The notes: generated by a model not told the origin, from the letters alone. A DNA stretch of 64,000 nucleotides from Halobacteriales archaeon QH_10_67_22 (GCA_003021305.1 PXQN01000058.1:633-64632), one strand, 5' to 3'; shown: positions 47,499-57,833, counted from the first letter of the stretch. Translations and numbers: made by a program.

Positions 47499-47612
47499 CG
47501 ATGGACCGCCGGTCGTCCGGCCGGGCGCGAGAGTCATCTGTGCGGCCTGGGCGTCGTCGGTCGTCAGCCTGACGTCGAAGAATCCCTCGAAGTCGAGACT
47601 GGTCTGTTGCAC
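47499..47612 (-). pseudogene. cupin-domain gene remnant (N-terminal ~38 codons only)
   Basis: ...FFDVRLTTDDAQAAQMTLAPGRTTGGP resembles the first strands of small haloarchaeal cupins. The metal-binding His region and the rest are absent from the 230-bp gap between thiE and the amphi-Trp gene. Confidence 0.35.
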
Positions 47613-47654
47613 ACGCTACGGTCGGACCCCGACCGAAAAAACGCCACCGTCCCG

Positions 47655-47924
47655 TCAGTCGTCGCGTTCGGACTCGCGGTGGGCCTGCCTGAACAGGTGG
47701 ACCCACTCGGCAAAGGAGCCACGCATCCCGTCGATGGTAACCGTGACCTGGCCGTCGACCCTCCACTGGGCGCGTTCGCTGTCCTCGCCGAAGGCCAGCG
47801 GGACGTCGACGCTCAGGTCCTCGGCCGCCAGTGTCAGCGACTCTTCTCGCTCGACGCTCTCGTCCAGCAGGTCGTCCGCCAGGTCGAGCCAGGTCTGATC
47901 CGACTCCGACGAGGATCTGGCCAT
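47655..47924 (-). CDS. amphi-Trp domain protein
   Basis: MARSSSESDQTWLDLADDLL...AQWRVDGQVTVTIDGMRGSFAEWVHLF. The start was taken at cat 47922-47924. Last gene of the pst-phoU string. Confidence 0.6.
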   Translation of the reverse strand: MARSSSESDQTWLDLADDLLDESVEREESLTLAAEDLSVDVPLAFGEDSERAQWRVDGQVTVTIDGMRGSFAEWVHLFRQAHRESERDD

Positions 47925-47925
47925 A

Positions 47926-49014
47926 CTACCGCTTGGACCCCCCGGTTCTTGACACTTCTGTCGGCCGGCCATCGGCAGCGGTCGACCTGATCGCCGCCCG
48001 CAGTGCGGTCTCGGCGACGGTCGTCCCGCAGTCGGCGGTCCGGCGGACGGCGTCGACCGCCCGGACCGTCCGGACGGCCGTCGGCACAGTCACGTCGTGG
48101 TCGCAGACGAGCGCTCCCTCGATCGCATCGGCCCGGTCGACGACCGCGTGGCAGTCTGCGAGCAACGACTGAGCGGCCGGGGCGGTCGCCCCGTCCAGCA
48201 CCGCGGTGGTGGCGTCGCCGACGGTCTCTCTGGCCGCCCGGGCGGTCTCGCGGAGACTCTCGCCGACCTCCTCGGGCAGGCCCTGCCCCGCGTCGTCGAC
48301 GGTCCCGGCCAGTTCGATCCCCAGGTCGGCGACCCGTTCGAGTGCGCGGGCCGTGACGTAGTAGTCGAACAGGTCGGGCCGCGAGACGCCCAGGCGGTCG
48401 ACCTCGCCGAACGAGACCAGCGACCGCGCGAAGTGGCGCGCGACCATCCGGCAGAGCCGGTCGGCCTCGTCGCGGCGCTCGGCCAGTCGGGCCGCCGCGT
48501 CGGGGTCGCCCGCGAGGACCGCGTCGGTCGCGCCCTCGTGGATCGACTGGGCACTGAACTGGAGCTGGACGACCGACTGTCGCACGGAGACGGTCCCCGC
48601 ATCGAGCAGGTGCTGGACGGTGATCTCCCTGGCGGTGTCGACGAACAGGTCGGTTCCGACGAGCGTGCGCACGACCGAGCGGGCGGCCCGGCGCTGCTCG
48701 TCGGTGAACTCGCCGCTCCCGGCCCCGCTGTCGCTCCCGGTGCCCGGACGGAGCGTCACCGTCTCGAAGCCGGCGGCGTGGGCGCCCCGGAGCGCGCGCT
48801 CGACCAGTGCGGGGTCGGGCCCGTCGACGACCAGTTCGACCGCCGCGAGCGCGCCGGCGTCGGTCTCGGCGTCCCGGACGACGATGGAGCCGTCGCTGTG
48901 GGTGTACAGGTACAGCTCCATCCCCGCTTCGAGCGAGTGGTCGTCGGCCCAGTCTTTGGGGATCGAGACGGTGTAGGTACCGCCGCCGACCTGCTGGAGT
49001 TTGCGCGTCTCCAT
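47926..49014 (-). CDS. AbrB/SpoVT-domain plus PhoU-like phosphate-uptake regulator
   Basis: N-terminal METRKLQQVGGGTYTVSIPKDWA (AbrB-type swapped hairpin), followed by two PhoU-like helical repeats. Confidence 0.82.
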   Translation of the reverse strand: METRKLQQVGGGTYTVSIPKDWADDHSLEAGMELYLYTHSDGSIVVRDAETDAGALAAVELVVDGPDPALVERALRGAHAAGFETVTLRPGTGSDSGAGSGEFTDEQRRAARSVVRTLVGTDLFVDTAREITVQHLLDAGTVSVRQSVVQLQFSAQSIHEGATDAVLAGDPDAAARLAERRDEADRLCRMVARHFARSLVSFGEVDRLGVSRPDLFDYYVTARALERVADLGIELAGTVDDAGQGLPEEVGESLRETARAARETVGDATTAVLDGATAPAAQSLLADCHAVVDRADAIEGALVCDHDVTVPTAVRTVRAVDAVRRTADCGTTVAETALRAAIRSTAADGRPTEVSRTGGSKR

Positions 49015-49688
49015 CAGTAGATCAGTTCCGGGTCCTCCTCGACCATGTACAGGGTGCGCGCGGCGACGTTGACCGCGTGGTCGCCGACCCGTTCGAGGTC
49101 ACGCACCGTCAACAGCAGTCGCGACACGTCGTCAAGCAGGCGCTCGGCCGCCCAGGCGTCGTTGCCGGCCTCCCCGGCGATCAGTTCGCGGACGACCGCC
49201 TCACTGGCGCGCTGACACAGCGCGTCGACCTCGTCGTCGCGGCGAGCGACGGTCCGACACGCCGCCGCGTCGCCGTCGGCGTAGGCGTCCAGCGCCGCGG
49301 TCAACTGGTCGCGACACAGCGTCCCGATACGGGCCACGTCGACGTCAGTCGGGTCGGCGTGCTCGGCCGCGAGCGCGTACTCCCCGAAGTTGGTCGCCAG
49401 GTCGCCGACCCGCTCTAGGTCGGTGAGGATCTTGAACGACGCGGCGACGAATCGCAGGTCCCCCGCGACCGGCTGCTGGAGCGCCAGCAGGTCGATACAC
49501 TCCTGTTCGAGCGCGAGATATCGGTCGTTTATCGCCTCGTCACCCTCGAACACCCGGCGAGCGAGCGCCGCGTCCCGCCGGTCTAACGCCTCCAGCGCGA
49601 GGTCGAACTGGTCTAACACGTCGGCGCCCATCGCCCTGACGTCGGCCCGCAGGTCGGCCAGCGACTCCTGGTAGTTCTCCCGGGGCAT
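49014..49688 (-). CDS. phoU: phosphate signalling protein PhoU
   Basis: Two PhoU repeats with DLERVGDLATN and DLERVGDHAVN. Confidence 0.92.
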   Translation of the reverse strand: MPRENYQESLADLRADVRAMGADVLDQFDLALEALDRRDAALARRVFEGDEAINDRYLALEQECIDLLALQQPVAGDLRFVAASFKILTDLERVGDLATNFGEYALAAEHADPTDVDVARIGTLCRDQLTAALDAYADGDAAACRTVARRDDEVDALCQRASEAVVRELIAGEAGNDAWAAERLLDDVSRLLLTVRDLERVGDHAVNVAARTLYMVEEDPELIY

Positions 49689-49691
49689 CTG

Positions 49692-50522
49692 TCACCCGAA
49701 CTTCCCGGTGATGTAGTCCTCGACGCGCTCGTGAGCGGGATTCTCGAAGATCGTCTGTGTGTCGTCGAATTCGACGAGTTCGCCGCCGGTGAGAAAGACA
49801 GCCGTGTAGTCGGAGATGCGGGCGGCCTGTTGCATATTGTGGGTGACGATGACGACCGTGTAGTCCTCGGCCAGTTCCTCGATGAGGTCTTCGATCTTCG
49901 AGGTGGCGATCGGGTCCAGCGCCGAGGCGGGTTCGTCCATCAGGATCACCTCGGGGTCGACCGCGATGGCACGGGCGATACAGAGGCGCTGTTGCTGGCC
50001 GCCCGAGAGGTCAAGCGCGGACTTGTCGAGCTGGCCCTCGACCTCCTTCCAGAGAGCCGCCCGTTTGAGCGCTCGTTCGACCCGCTCGTCCAGGTTCTTC
50101 GTGTCACCCTGGACCCGCAGGCCGTAGGCGACGTTGTCGTAGATGCTCTTGGGGAACGGGTTGGGGTGTTGAAACACCATGCCGATCTTGCGGCGCAGCG
50201 CGACGGGGTCGACCTCGTCCCCGTAGATGTCGGCCCCTTCGAAGCGGAGTTCACCCTCGATCGTGGCCGCCTCCACGAGGTCGTTCATCCGGTTGATACA
50301 CCGCAGGAACGTCGACTTGCCACAGCCCGAGGGCCCGATGATGGCGGTCACCTGCCGTCTCGGGATCTCCATGTCGACGTCGTTCAGCGCTGGCTCTTCG
50401 CCGTAGTACACGTTCAATCCCAGGGACCGGACGACGGGGTCGGCATCCACCGTTCGTTCGGTGGCGGCGCCGGCCGTCACGTCGGTCGAGATGAGGGATT
50501 GGGTCGTTTCCTGTTCACTCAT
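49692..50522 (-). CDS. pstB: phosphate ABC transporter ATP-binding protein
   Basis: Walker [10 protein letters not shown], signature [14 protein letters not shown] and Walker B ILMDEP. Confidence 0.95.
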   Translation of the reverse strand: MSEQETTQSLISTDVTAGAATERTVDADPVVRSLGLNVYYGEEPALNDVDMEIPRRQVTAIIGPSGCGKSTFLRCINRMNDLVEAATIEGELRFEGADIYGDEVDPVALRRKIGMVFQHPNPFPKSIYDNVAYGLRVQGDTKNLDERVERALKRAALWKEVEGQLDKSALDLSGGQQQRLCIARAIAVDPEVILMDEPASALDPIATSKIEDLIEELAEDYTVVIVTHNMQQAARISDYTAVFLTGGELVEFDDTQTIFENPAHERVEDYITGKFG

Positions 50523-50541
50523 TGTTGTTCGTTCGTCGTGG

Positions 50542-52158
50542 TCAGTCGTTCTGGTAGCGGTTGCGGATCAGGATCGCCGTCGCGTTCATCAGGAGCAGCA
50601 GCGCCAGCAACACGATCGACGCGGCCGCCACCACCCCCGTCCGGTACTCGGGGATGTTGTTCCCTTTGGCGGCGAATATCTGCAACGGCAGGGCAGTCGC
50701 GCCCGAGAACAGCCCCGAGGGCGGGTCGAACCGCGTCGTCGCGAGCGCGATCATCACGAGCGGTGCAGTCTCCCCGATAGCGCGTCCGATCGCGAGGATC
50801 GTCCCCGTCAGAATGCCCGGGACGGCCTCGGGCAGGACGATGTTGCGGATAGTCTGCCAGCGACTCGCACCCATCCCGTAGGACCCCTGCCGGTACTCGT
50901 CCGGCACGGACCTGAGCGCCTCCTGTGCGGAGACGATCATGATTGGCAGTATCAACAGCGCGAGCGTCGTCGCCGCGGCGATCAGGATACCGGGTGTGAG
51001 ACCGAGCCCCTGTCTGAACAGCGCGAGGCCGAGCAGGCCGTAGACGACCGACGGGACGCCGGCCAGGTTCGAGATGTTGACGTCGAGGACCGACGCCAGT
51101 CTGCCGAGCCACCCGGTCGCGGGGGCGTACTCCTCGAGGTAAACCGCCGCACCGACTCCGACCGGGAACGCCATCAGCGTCATCAGGCTGACGATCATGA
51201 TCGACCCGAGAAGCTGCGGATAGATCCCTGCCTGCTCCGGGCGGTAACCCGACCAGCTCTCGAGCACCAGCGTCGGTCTGAGCCAGGCGTCGAGACCGGT
51301 GATACCGAACTGTCCCTCTATCCACGCCCCGAGCAAGATGCCGCCGAACAGGACGACTGGCCCCAGCAACCCCGCGCGTCCCTGCGGGTGGCGCTCGAAC
51401 GTCTCGACGACCAGGAGCGCGACCGGCGCCAGGAACACTGAGACGAGGACGAGCCACAGCGACGGGTCGACGCCCCGTGACTGGCTGACACCGACGGTCA
51501 CGAGCCCCGCGGCCACGACGAAAGCGGCGGTCGTCAGCCCCCTGTCGGTCCAGATGCGGTTCCCGAGCACGCCCAGGATTCCTGCCACGGGAAGTGTCGT
51601 GATGGCAAAATACGCGACCCAGTCGGGAAGCGACTCGGTGAACGCGTTGAGCGGTCCGAGCAACACGAAACTGCACACGAGGCCGACGGCAACCGACACC
51701 GGAACTGCCGGCCCGGTGAGGTGTGTTTCGCCGTAGAGACGGCCGTAAGCGACCACGACAAGCGGCGGAGCGGCGGCGAAGACCGCGTGGATCGCGACGT
51801 CGTAGGGGTTTAGCGCCGCCGGGACGGCGTAGGCGATCAGCGCAAGCGCGAGCCCGCCACAGAACACGGCGAACGCTCTGGCGTTGACGTGGGCGACGGC
51901 GGGATCGTGTCTCACGTACAGCGTGTACGCGCTCACCGGCGTGACCAGCGTCGCGAAATACAGCAGATACCAGGCCGGGTCCGCGGCGGACGGTCCCAGC
52001 GCGTCGATCCCGATGAGGACGAACAACACGAGCAGCGCGAGCACGCCGACGAGCGTCGCCACGATGAGAAGCACTTCGAACAGGCTCCCCTTGAGCTGTC
52101 GGAGCCACACCGCCCTGTCTTTCGCGAACTCGGAGACCGAATCGGTTTCGGCCGCCAT
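50542..52158 (-). CDS. pstA: phosphate ABC transporter permease PstA
   Basis: Long multi-TM permease with the EAA-type loop [11 protein letters not shown]. Its position between pstC and pstB supports the call. Confidence 0.9.
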   Translation of the reverse strand: MAAETDSVSEFAKDRAVWLRQLKGSLFEVLLIVATLVGVLALLVLFVLIGIDALGPSAADPAWYLLYFATLVTPVSAYTLYVRHDPAVAHVNARAFAVFCGGLALALIAYAVPAALNPYDVAIHAVFAAAPPLVVVAYGRLYGETHLTGPAVPVSVAVGLVCSFVLLGPLNAFTESLPDWVAYFAITTLPVAGILGVLGNRIWTDRGLTTAAFVVAAGLVTVGVSQSRGVDPSLWLVLVSVFLAPVALLVVETFERHPQGRAGLLGPVVLFGGILLGAWIEGQFGITGLDAWLRPTLVLESWSGYRPEQAGIYPQLLGSIMIVSLMTLMAFPVGVGAAVYLEEYAPATGWLGRLASVLDVNISNLAGVPSVVYGLLGLALFRQGLGLTPGILIAAATTLALLILPIMIVSAQEALRSVPDEYRQGSYGMGASRWQTIRNIVLPEAVPGILTGTILAIGRAIGETAPLVMIALATTRFDPPSGLFSGATALPLQIFAAKGNNIPEYRTGVVAAASIVLLALLLLMNATAILIRNRYQND

Positions 52159-53150
52159 CAGCTGTACTCCTCCCTGTAGTAGCGCCGGATGTACTCGGCG
52201 AAGACGTTCATGACCAGTGTGATGACGAACAGCGTCATTCCGAGCGCGAACATCGCCTCGAACACGGCGCCGCCACGCGACTCCGCGTTGGCGATCTGGA
52301 CCATCGCGGCCGTTATCGTCTGGGTCGACTGTGCGAGGTTCTCGAAGACGTTGGGGAACGACGGGATCTTCGGGCTCTGTCCCGCCGCGATGGTGACGGC
52401 CATCGTCTCGCCGATGGCCCGCGAGATCGCGAGCACGTACGACGACACGATGCCCGACGTCGCGGCCGGCACGACGACTTTCGTCGAGACGTCGAACTTC
52501 GTCGACCCGAGTCCGTACGCCGCGTTCCGCAGACTATCGGGCACCGCGCTGAGCGCGTCCTCGCTGATCGAGGAGACCATCGGGATGATCATCAGTCCGA
52601 CGACGATGCTCGCCGAGAGGACGTTGAACGTCCGCAGCGACGGCACGACGAGCGTGAACTCGGGGACCACCGGGAACCCGGCCGGGAGGACCGGGACCGA
52701 GATCGGGAGCGGCCCGTCGAGGATCGGCGTGAGATACACGAGCGCGAAGTAGCCGTAGATGACCGTCGGAACGCCGGCCAGGATCTCCAGTGCCGGCTTG
52801 AGAACCGACCGGACCCGGTTGCTCGCGTACTCACTGAGGTAGATGGCGATCGCCAGTCCGACCGGGAGTGCGATGAGCGCCGAGACGAGAGTCACGATCA
52901 GGGTCCCGCTGACCAGCGGGAGGACGCCGTACGTCTCCTCGCCGATGAGCGGACTCCAGTCTGTCCCGGTGACGTACTCGACGAACGACACCTCGCTGAA
53001 AAACACGAGCGTCTCTCCCAGCAACGCGAGGATGATGCCGGCGGTCACGAAAAGCGTCAGCAGCGCACACCCCGCGACCAACCGCCGGTACAGTCGCTCC
53101 TTGGTGACTGCGATCCCGTCGCGCCGGAGTGTCGGTGTTCGGTCACTCAT
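52158..53150 (-). CDS. pstC: phosphate ABC transporter permease PstC
   Basis: ISRAIGETMAV loop and six TM segments. It overlaps the pstA start by 1 nt. Confidence 0.9.
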   Translation of the reverse strand: MSDRTPTLRRDGIAVTKERLYRRLVAGCALLTLFVTAGIILALLGETLVFFSEVSFVEYVTGTDWSPLIGEETYGVLPLVSGTLIVTLVSALIALPVGLAIAIYLSEYASNRVRSVLKPALEILAGVPTVIYGYFALVYLTPILDGPLPISVPVLPAGFPVVPEFTLVVPSLRTFNVLSASIVVGLMIIPMVSSISEDALSAVPDSLRNAAYGLGSTKFDVSTKVVVPAATSGIVSSYVLAISRAIGETMAVTIAAGQSPKIPSFPNVFENLAQSTQTITAAMVQIANAESRGGAVFEAMFALGMTLFVITLVMNVFAEYIRRYYREEYS

Positions 53151-53209
53151 GACTCAGTTCGCCCCGTCGGTGTCGTTCCGAGAGAGATGTCTGTCACGTC
53201 GATGCAGGT

Positions 53210-54286
53210 TCAGCGGCTGAACTCGTAGTCGCCGGTGATGGCCGCTTCGAGATTGGCCTGGTTCTGCTGGGCGCGCTGGTCGGAGCTCTGGACGTAGCCG
53301 ATACGGTCGGCGATCAGTTGCTTGTCGGTTGTCTTCTGGATGTAGAACTGGATGAACGCCTGCACGTGTCCCTTCTCCTGGATCTTGTTCATGTTGCCGT
53401 AGAAAAACAGCGGCCGGGCCAGGGGGTACTCGCCGGTCGAGGCCGCGTCTAGGCTGGGGTCGGTCGGCTCCTCGCCGGCTTCGGTCGCCAGGGGCACTGC
53501 CGTCGTCTCCTCGGGGTTGTTCACGTAGTAGGCGAAGGGCAGATAGCCCATCGCGTACTCGTTGCCCTCGACACCGGAGGCGATCTGGTCGTCCTCTTCG
53601 GTGCCCTCGAAGTCGTCGCGGATCCGGCCGGCCTCGCCCAGGATCGTCTCCGTGAAGTAGTCGAACGTGCCCGATGTCGACGCGGGACCGTAGAGGTCGA
53701 TCGGTTCGTCCGGCCAGTCGGAGTTGACGTCCGACCAGGTCTCTGCCTTGTCGTCGGGGCTCCAGATCTGTTCGAGTTCGTCGTAGGTCAGCGAGTCGAT
53801 GAAGTCGTTCTCGTTGTTGACGACGACCGTCAGCGCGTCTTTTGCGACTTCGAACTCCACCGGTTCGATACCGTTGTCCCGCAGCGTCTGGACTTCCTCG
53901 TCTTTGATCGCGCGGCTCGAGTTATTGATATCGGAGTCGCCCGGGATGAACACGTTCTCGAACCCGCCCGAACTCCCGTCCTTGCTGATGTCGAACGTGA
54001 CGTCCGGGTGGTCCTCCTTGAACAGCTCACCCACGGCGGTCGCGACCGGGAACACCGTACTGCTCCCCGATACGCGGATGTTCCCCGAGAGGTCCATATC
54101 GCCACCGTCGCCGCCACTGCTGCCGTCGCCACCGTCACTGCCGTCGCCACCCTCGCCGCCCTCGCCGTCGCCACCCTCGCCGTCGCCACCACAGCCGGCG
54201 ACACCGGCGGCTCCGACGGCTCCCGTTGTAACGATAAATTTGCGGCGTGATACCCCGTCTATCGAACACTCCTGATCTCGTGCCAT
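53210..54286 (-). CDS. pstS: phosphate-binding lipoprotein PstS (Tat signal + lipobox)
   Basis: Start at MARDQ..., with SRRKFIVTTGAVGAAGVAGC (twin-arginine motif plus lipobox), a G/D/E linker, then VSGSSTVFP of PBP-type phosphate binders. Confidence 0.9.
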   Translation of the reverse strand: MARDQECSIDGVSRRKFIVTTGAVGAAGVAGCGGDGEGGDGEGGEGGDGSDGGDGSSGGDGGDMDLSGNIRVSGSSTVFPVATAVGELFKEDHPDVTFDISKDGSSGGFENVFIPGDSDINNSSRAIKDEEVQTLRDNGIEPVEFEVAKDALTVVVNNENDFIDSLTYDELEQIWSPDDKAETWSDVNSDWPDEPIDLYGPASTSGTFDYFTETILGEAGRIRDDFEGTEEDDQIASGVEGNEYAMGYLPFAYYVNNPEETTAVPLATEAGEEPTDPSLDAASTGEYPLARPLFFYGNMNKIQEKGHVQAFIQFYIQKTTDKQLIADRIGYVQSSDQRAQQNQANLEAAITGDYEFSR

Positions 54287-54306
54287 CACCCGAACCCAAA
54301 CCAGAC

Positions 54307-54314
54307 ATAAATAA
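54307..54314 (-). promoter_or_regulatory. TATA-like box (TTATTTAT on the minus strand) for the pst operon
   Basis: Lies 21-28 nt upstream of the pstS ATG (54286) inside an AT-rich 130-bp spacer. A second box, ATTATAAA, lies 13 nt further upstream. Confidence 0.4.
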
Positions 54315-54515
54315 GGTGGTTTATAATTGGGGTACGTGTGGGTCAATATCAGTCCGGTCGGTTCTGAGTGAAACGCACGACAATAATTAACACATATCAG
54401 AACTGGGTGGTATATAGTCTCAATAGATGCCCGGTCGGGAGTACTGGCGCTCGTCGCACCACTGCTGTCTGATGTTGGACCGTCTCCCCCGCCTGTCTGC
54501 GGGGTCACTCCCGAC

Positions 54516-55775
54516 TCACAGGGAAACCGTCTCACCGAGGTCCACGCTGCGGGCGTCGAAGCCGTCGCCCCGCAGGTCAGCCGCGAACGCGGCCGGTTCG
54601 TCGCCGTGGTTCGTAATGACCTCGCTGTCGCGGTAGGAGTCGAGGAACGCCTCCAGGCCGTCGCGGTCGGCGTGGGCCGAGAAGTTGAACAGGTCGACCC
54701 CGGCGCTGACGGGGGTCATCCGGCCGTCGATCTCGGCGCTGCCGGTGTCGAGCAGTTCCCGCCCGGGCGTCCCCGCGACCTGGTAGCCGGTCAGCGCAAC
54801 CGTGTTGACGGGGTTGCCGGCGACCTCGGGGACGTAGGTCATCGCCGGCCCGCCCGAGAGCATCCCCGATGTGGTGATTATCACGGTGTTTTCGGCGGCG
54901 ATGCGGCGGCGCTGGCCGTCCCGGCCGTCGACGTACCTGGCGCCGGATTTGGCCCCCCGGAGCGCGTCGCCGTCCCGGAGAAAGTCCGGAGACTGACAGA
55001 ACAACCGGGTGACCCGCTGGCCCATGCCGTCGACGTAACAGGGCAGGTCGTGGGCCGCACAGACGAGCATGATCTCCTGGGTGCGCCCGATGGCGAAGGC
55101 GGGGACGACGACGGTTCCGCCCTCCCAGAGGGTGGTCCGGACCGTCTCGACGAACCGTTCCTCCACGCGGGTGCGGTCCTCGTGGTGGTCGGCCGCATAC
55201 GTCGACTCACAGACGACGACGTCCGCGTCCGGGCGGGCGGTCGTGCCCGCCACGAGACGCTGGTCTGCCGTGTGGAAATCGCCCGTGTACAGCAGTCGCG
55301 TCTCGCCGTCGTCGACGAGGACGTGGGCGCTGCCGGGGATGTGGCCGGCGTCGGAGAACGTCACCTCGTAGCCGCCGGCGTCGGGACCGCCACACGCGGT
55401 AAAGGGCTCGCGGTAGCCGTGGGTCACCGACACTTCGCCCAGACGCTGGACGTCGAGTTCGGTGAACGGACACTGGGGGGTCGAGCCGTGGAGTTTCAGC
55501 GTGTCCCGGGCGAGCACCCGCGTCAGGTCGCGGGTCGGCGGCGTCCAGTGGACCGGCGGGCGGGCGTCGCCGCTCAGCAGCGCCGGGACGGCACCGGCGT
55601 GGTCCAAGTGGCCGTGGCTGACGACCACGGCCTCGGGGTCGAGGCCGCCCGGCGGGTCGACCGGATACCGGGGCGGGGAGTCGGCGGCCATCCCGTAATC
55701 CAGCAGGAGACGGCCGTCGACAAGCAGCGCGCTCCGTCCCACCTCGTCGGCGCCGCCGAGAAACTGCAGGTCCAT
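54516..55775 (-). CDS. beta-CASP / MBL-fold ribonuclease (aCPSF2-like)
   Basis: VVSHGHLDHAG, DAGHIPGSA and FSAHADRDGL motifs. The start was taken at MDLQFLGG. Confidence 0.85.
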   Translation of the reverse strand: MDLQFLGGADEVGRSALLVDGRLLLDYGMAADSPPRYPVDPPGGLDPEAVVVSHGHLDHAGAVPALLSGDARPPVHWTPPTRDLTRVLARDTLKLHGSTPQCPFTELDVQRLGEVSVTHGYREPFTACGGPDAGGYEVTFSDAGHIPGSAHVLVDDGETRLLYTGDFHTADQRLVAGTTARPDADVVVCESTYAADHHEDRTRVEERFVETVRTTLWEGGTVVVPAFAIGRTQEIMLVCAAHDLPCYVDGMGQRVTRLFCQSPDFLRDGDALRGAKSGARYVDGRDGQRRRIAAENTVIITTSGMLSGGPAMTYVPEVAGNPVNTVALTGYQVAGTPGRELLDTGSAEIDGRMTPVSAGVDLFNFSAHADRDGLEAFLDSYRDSEVITNHGDEPAAFAADLRGDGFDARSVDLGETVSL

Positions 55776-55880
55776 CACTCGACTGTTCGGGGGGCGGCGG
55801 TTTCCCTCCGTCGGTTCTCGTCGGGACCGCTCCCGGGGGACAGCCGGCAACCAGGGGTGGAGAACGGATGTTGTTTACGT

Positions 55881-57341
55881 GTGCGCTCGATCCATGCGCA
55901 CGTGGCCGCCCGGTACAACCCGTTGCGTGCGCTGTTGCTGGCAGTCGGCGGACTCGTCGCCAGGGCCGGACTCATCGCCCGCGAGCGGGTCGAACGCGCG
56001 ACGGACCTGGCCTGGCCCCGGATCGTCACCGGGATCGCCCGGATGTCCAGGACGACTGCCGACGTCGCGATGGTCGGCATCGCGCTCGGACCCGGCGCCA
56101 TCGCCGGCGTCGGCTACGCCCAGCCGTTCTGGGGACTGTCGTTCGCCCTGGGCGGGGGCATCGCCGGCGGGACCATCGGACTCGTCTCCCAGCGGTACGG
56201 CGCCGACGCCCACGAGGAACTCGCGGTGGCCGTCAAGGTGAGCGCGCTCGTGGCCATCGCCGTCACTGTCCCCGTGACAGCACTGTATCTGCTCGTTCCC
56301 GGTCCGTTGATCGACGCCATCGGGTCGGGGACCGACGCCGTCGCACTCGGCACCGACTACCTCCGGATTGTGGCACTCGGAATCCCGTTTGCAGCACTGA
56401 ACCTGGTCGGCAGTCGGACGCTGGTCGGCGCCGACGATGCCTGGACTCCGATGGTCCTCCGCGGGGGTGGCGCGATGTTCAATATCGTGGTCAACGCCGC
56501 CCTCATCTTCGGGTTCGGCATGGGCGTCGTCGGCGCCGCCGCAGGTACCGTGCTCTCGAACGCGCTGGTCACGCTGGCCCTGGGGGTTGGCCTCGCCCGG
56601 GGCCGCCTGCCGGTCGTCGGCGAGTTTCCGGTCACTGTGCCGGTCTCGGGACCGCAGTTCGACCGGTCGCTCCTGGCCGACCTGATAGAGACCGCGACGC
56701 CGCTGGTCGGGGCGAACCTCGCCAGGAACGGCGGCCAGTTCCCCAAGCTGTACGTCGTCGGTCTGTTCGGCCCGAACGTCGTCGCGGCCTACGTCGTCGC
56801 GATGCGGGTGCGGGCGCTGATGGAGACGCCCAACTGGGGGTTCAGCATGGCCTCCAGCAGTCTCGTCGGCCAGGCACTCGGTGCCGACGACGAGCGCGAA
56901 GCCGGCGAGTGGGCACGTGACGTCCTCCGGTTCTCGCTGGCGGTGTTCGCCGTCATCGCGGCGGGCACGTTCGTCCTCGCCCGACCGATCGGACGTGTGT
57001 TCGTCGACGACCCCGCGATCCTCCCGACCGTCGTCGTCTTCATCCGGGTCACCTGCCTGGGCGTCCTGTTCAGCGGCGTCTACGGCGGTGCGACCGGTCC
57101 CCTCCGGGCGAGTGGCGACACGCGCTGGCCGCTGTACGCACAACTGGCCGGCCTGTACGTGTTCGCACTGCCCGTGGCGACCGTCGGCGTGCTCGTCCCC
57201 GCGGTCGGCGTTACTGCGCTGTACGCTGCCGTCGTCGTCGAACTCGCCATCCCCGCGCTCGTCGTCTACTACCGCTACCACTCGGGCGCCTGGAAGGTGA
57301 TCAGCCGCGACTACCGCCCCGACGCGACACCGACCGACTGA
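55881..57341 (+). CDS. MATE-family efflux transporter
   Basis: 12-TM profile with TDLAWPRIVTG near the N-terminus. GTG 55881 was chosen (alternative 55902). The 425 codons upstream in ORF 54606-57341 run antisense to the beta-CASP gene. Confidence 0.85.
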   Translation: MRSIHAHVAARYNPLRALLLAVGGLVARAGLIARERVERATDLAWPRIVTGIARMSRTTADVAMVGIALGPGAIAGVGYAQPFWGLSFALGGGIAGGTIGLVSQRYGADAHEELAVAVKVSALVAIAVTVPVTALYLLVPGPLIDAIGSGTDAVALGTDYLRIVALGIPFAALNLVGSRTLVGADDAWTPMVLRGGGAMFNIVVNAALIFGFGMGVVGAAAGTVLSNALVTLALGVGLARGRLPVVGEFPVTVPVSGPQFDRSLLADLIETATPLVGANLARNGGQFPKLYVVGLFGPNVVAAYVVAMRVRALMETPNWGFSMASSSLVGQALGADDEREAGEWARDVLRFSLAVFAVIAAGTFVLARPIGRVFVDDPAILPTVVVFIRVTCLGVLFSGVYGGATGPLRASGDTRWPLYAQLAGLYVFALPVATVGVLVPAVGVTALYAAVVVELAIPALVVYYRYHSGAWKVISRDYRPDATPTD

Positions 57342-57415
57342 GAACCGTCCGGTCGTGGGAGGTGAACACATAGCGCATAAACAATTATTATGGTTGGCGT
57401 CCTACCAGTGGGTGT

Positions 57416-57532
57416 ATGGCGACACAGCAGCCCACCCCGACGTACCATACGTGCACCTGCGGCGAACAGTTCGAGACGACGGAGGAGTTGCTCGAACACG
57501 CCCGAGAGTCACACGGACTCGGGGTATTCTGA
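57416..57532 (+). CDS. 38-aa zinc-finger micro-protein (MATQQPTPTYHTCTCGEQFETTEELLEHARESHGLGVF)
   Basis: CxC...HxxxxH, C2H2-like spacing. The AT-rich box AACAATTATTAT lies about 25-30 nt upstream of the ATG. Below the ORF-track cutoff. Confidence 0.5.
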   Translation: MATQQPTPTYHTCTCGEQFETTEELLEHARESHGLGVF

Positions 57533-57551
57533 GTCGCCACCCCGGAGTCTG

Positions 57552-57833
57552 TCAGAGACGCCGTACCCGGAACCGGTTGTAGCCGCCGTGAGAGAGCTCC
57601 AGCGAGCCGACCCACCAGTTCCATCGCTCGACGAGCGTGTACCCGTCCGGCGCGTCCTGGAGGTTCGTGACGACCGTCTCGACAGTGAGCGGCCGGCCGA
57701 AGTGGTCCTCGATGAGGCCGGCGTCGGCGAGGTCCCGCGCCTGACGGGCGACGACGTGTCTCGCGTCCTCGTCGCCCTCGAACGCCGCCAGGGCAGTTTC
57801 GAGCTGGGACCGGTTCACGCTCGTAGTTGCCAC
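57552..57833 (-). CDS. conserved hypothetical protein
   Basis: 93-aa acidic ORF (…LIEDHFGRPLTVETVVTNLQDAPDGYTLVERWNWWVGSLEL…). No assignable domain. Confidence 0.55.
   Translation of the reverse strand: MATTSVNRSQLETALAAFEGDEDARHVVARQARDLADAGLIEDHFGRPLTVETVVTNLQDAPDGYTLVERWNWWVGSLELSHGGYNRFRVRRL

Noticed and set aside
54365-54395. ACAATAATTAACAC in the pstS upstream spacer, resembling the family B TIR (ACAATAATCAC)
   Set aside because: Only about 9 nt are similar. There is no partner inverted repeat and no family B internal sequence. It is most simply AT-rich promoter DNA.
54606-55880. N-terminal 425 codons of the 911-aa ORF that ends as the MATE transporter
   Set aside because: This part runs antisense to the beta-CASP ribonuclease gene and has no protein-like composition. 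The MATE homology starts only around 55881-55902.
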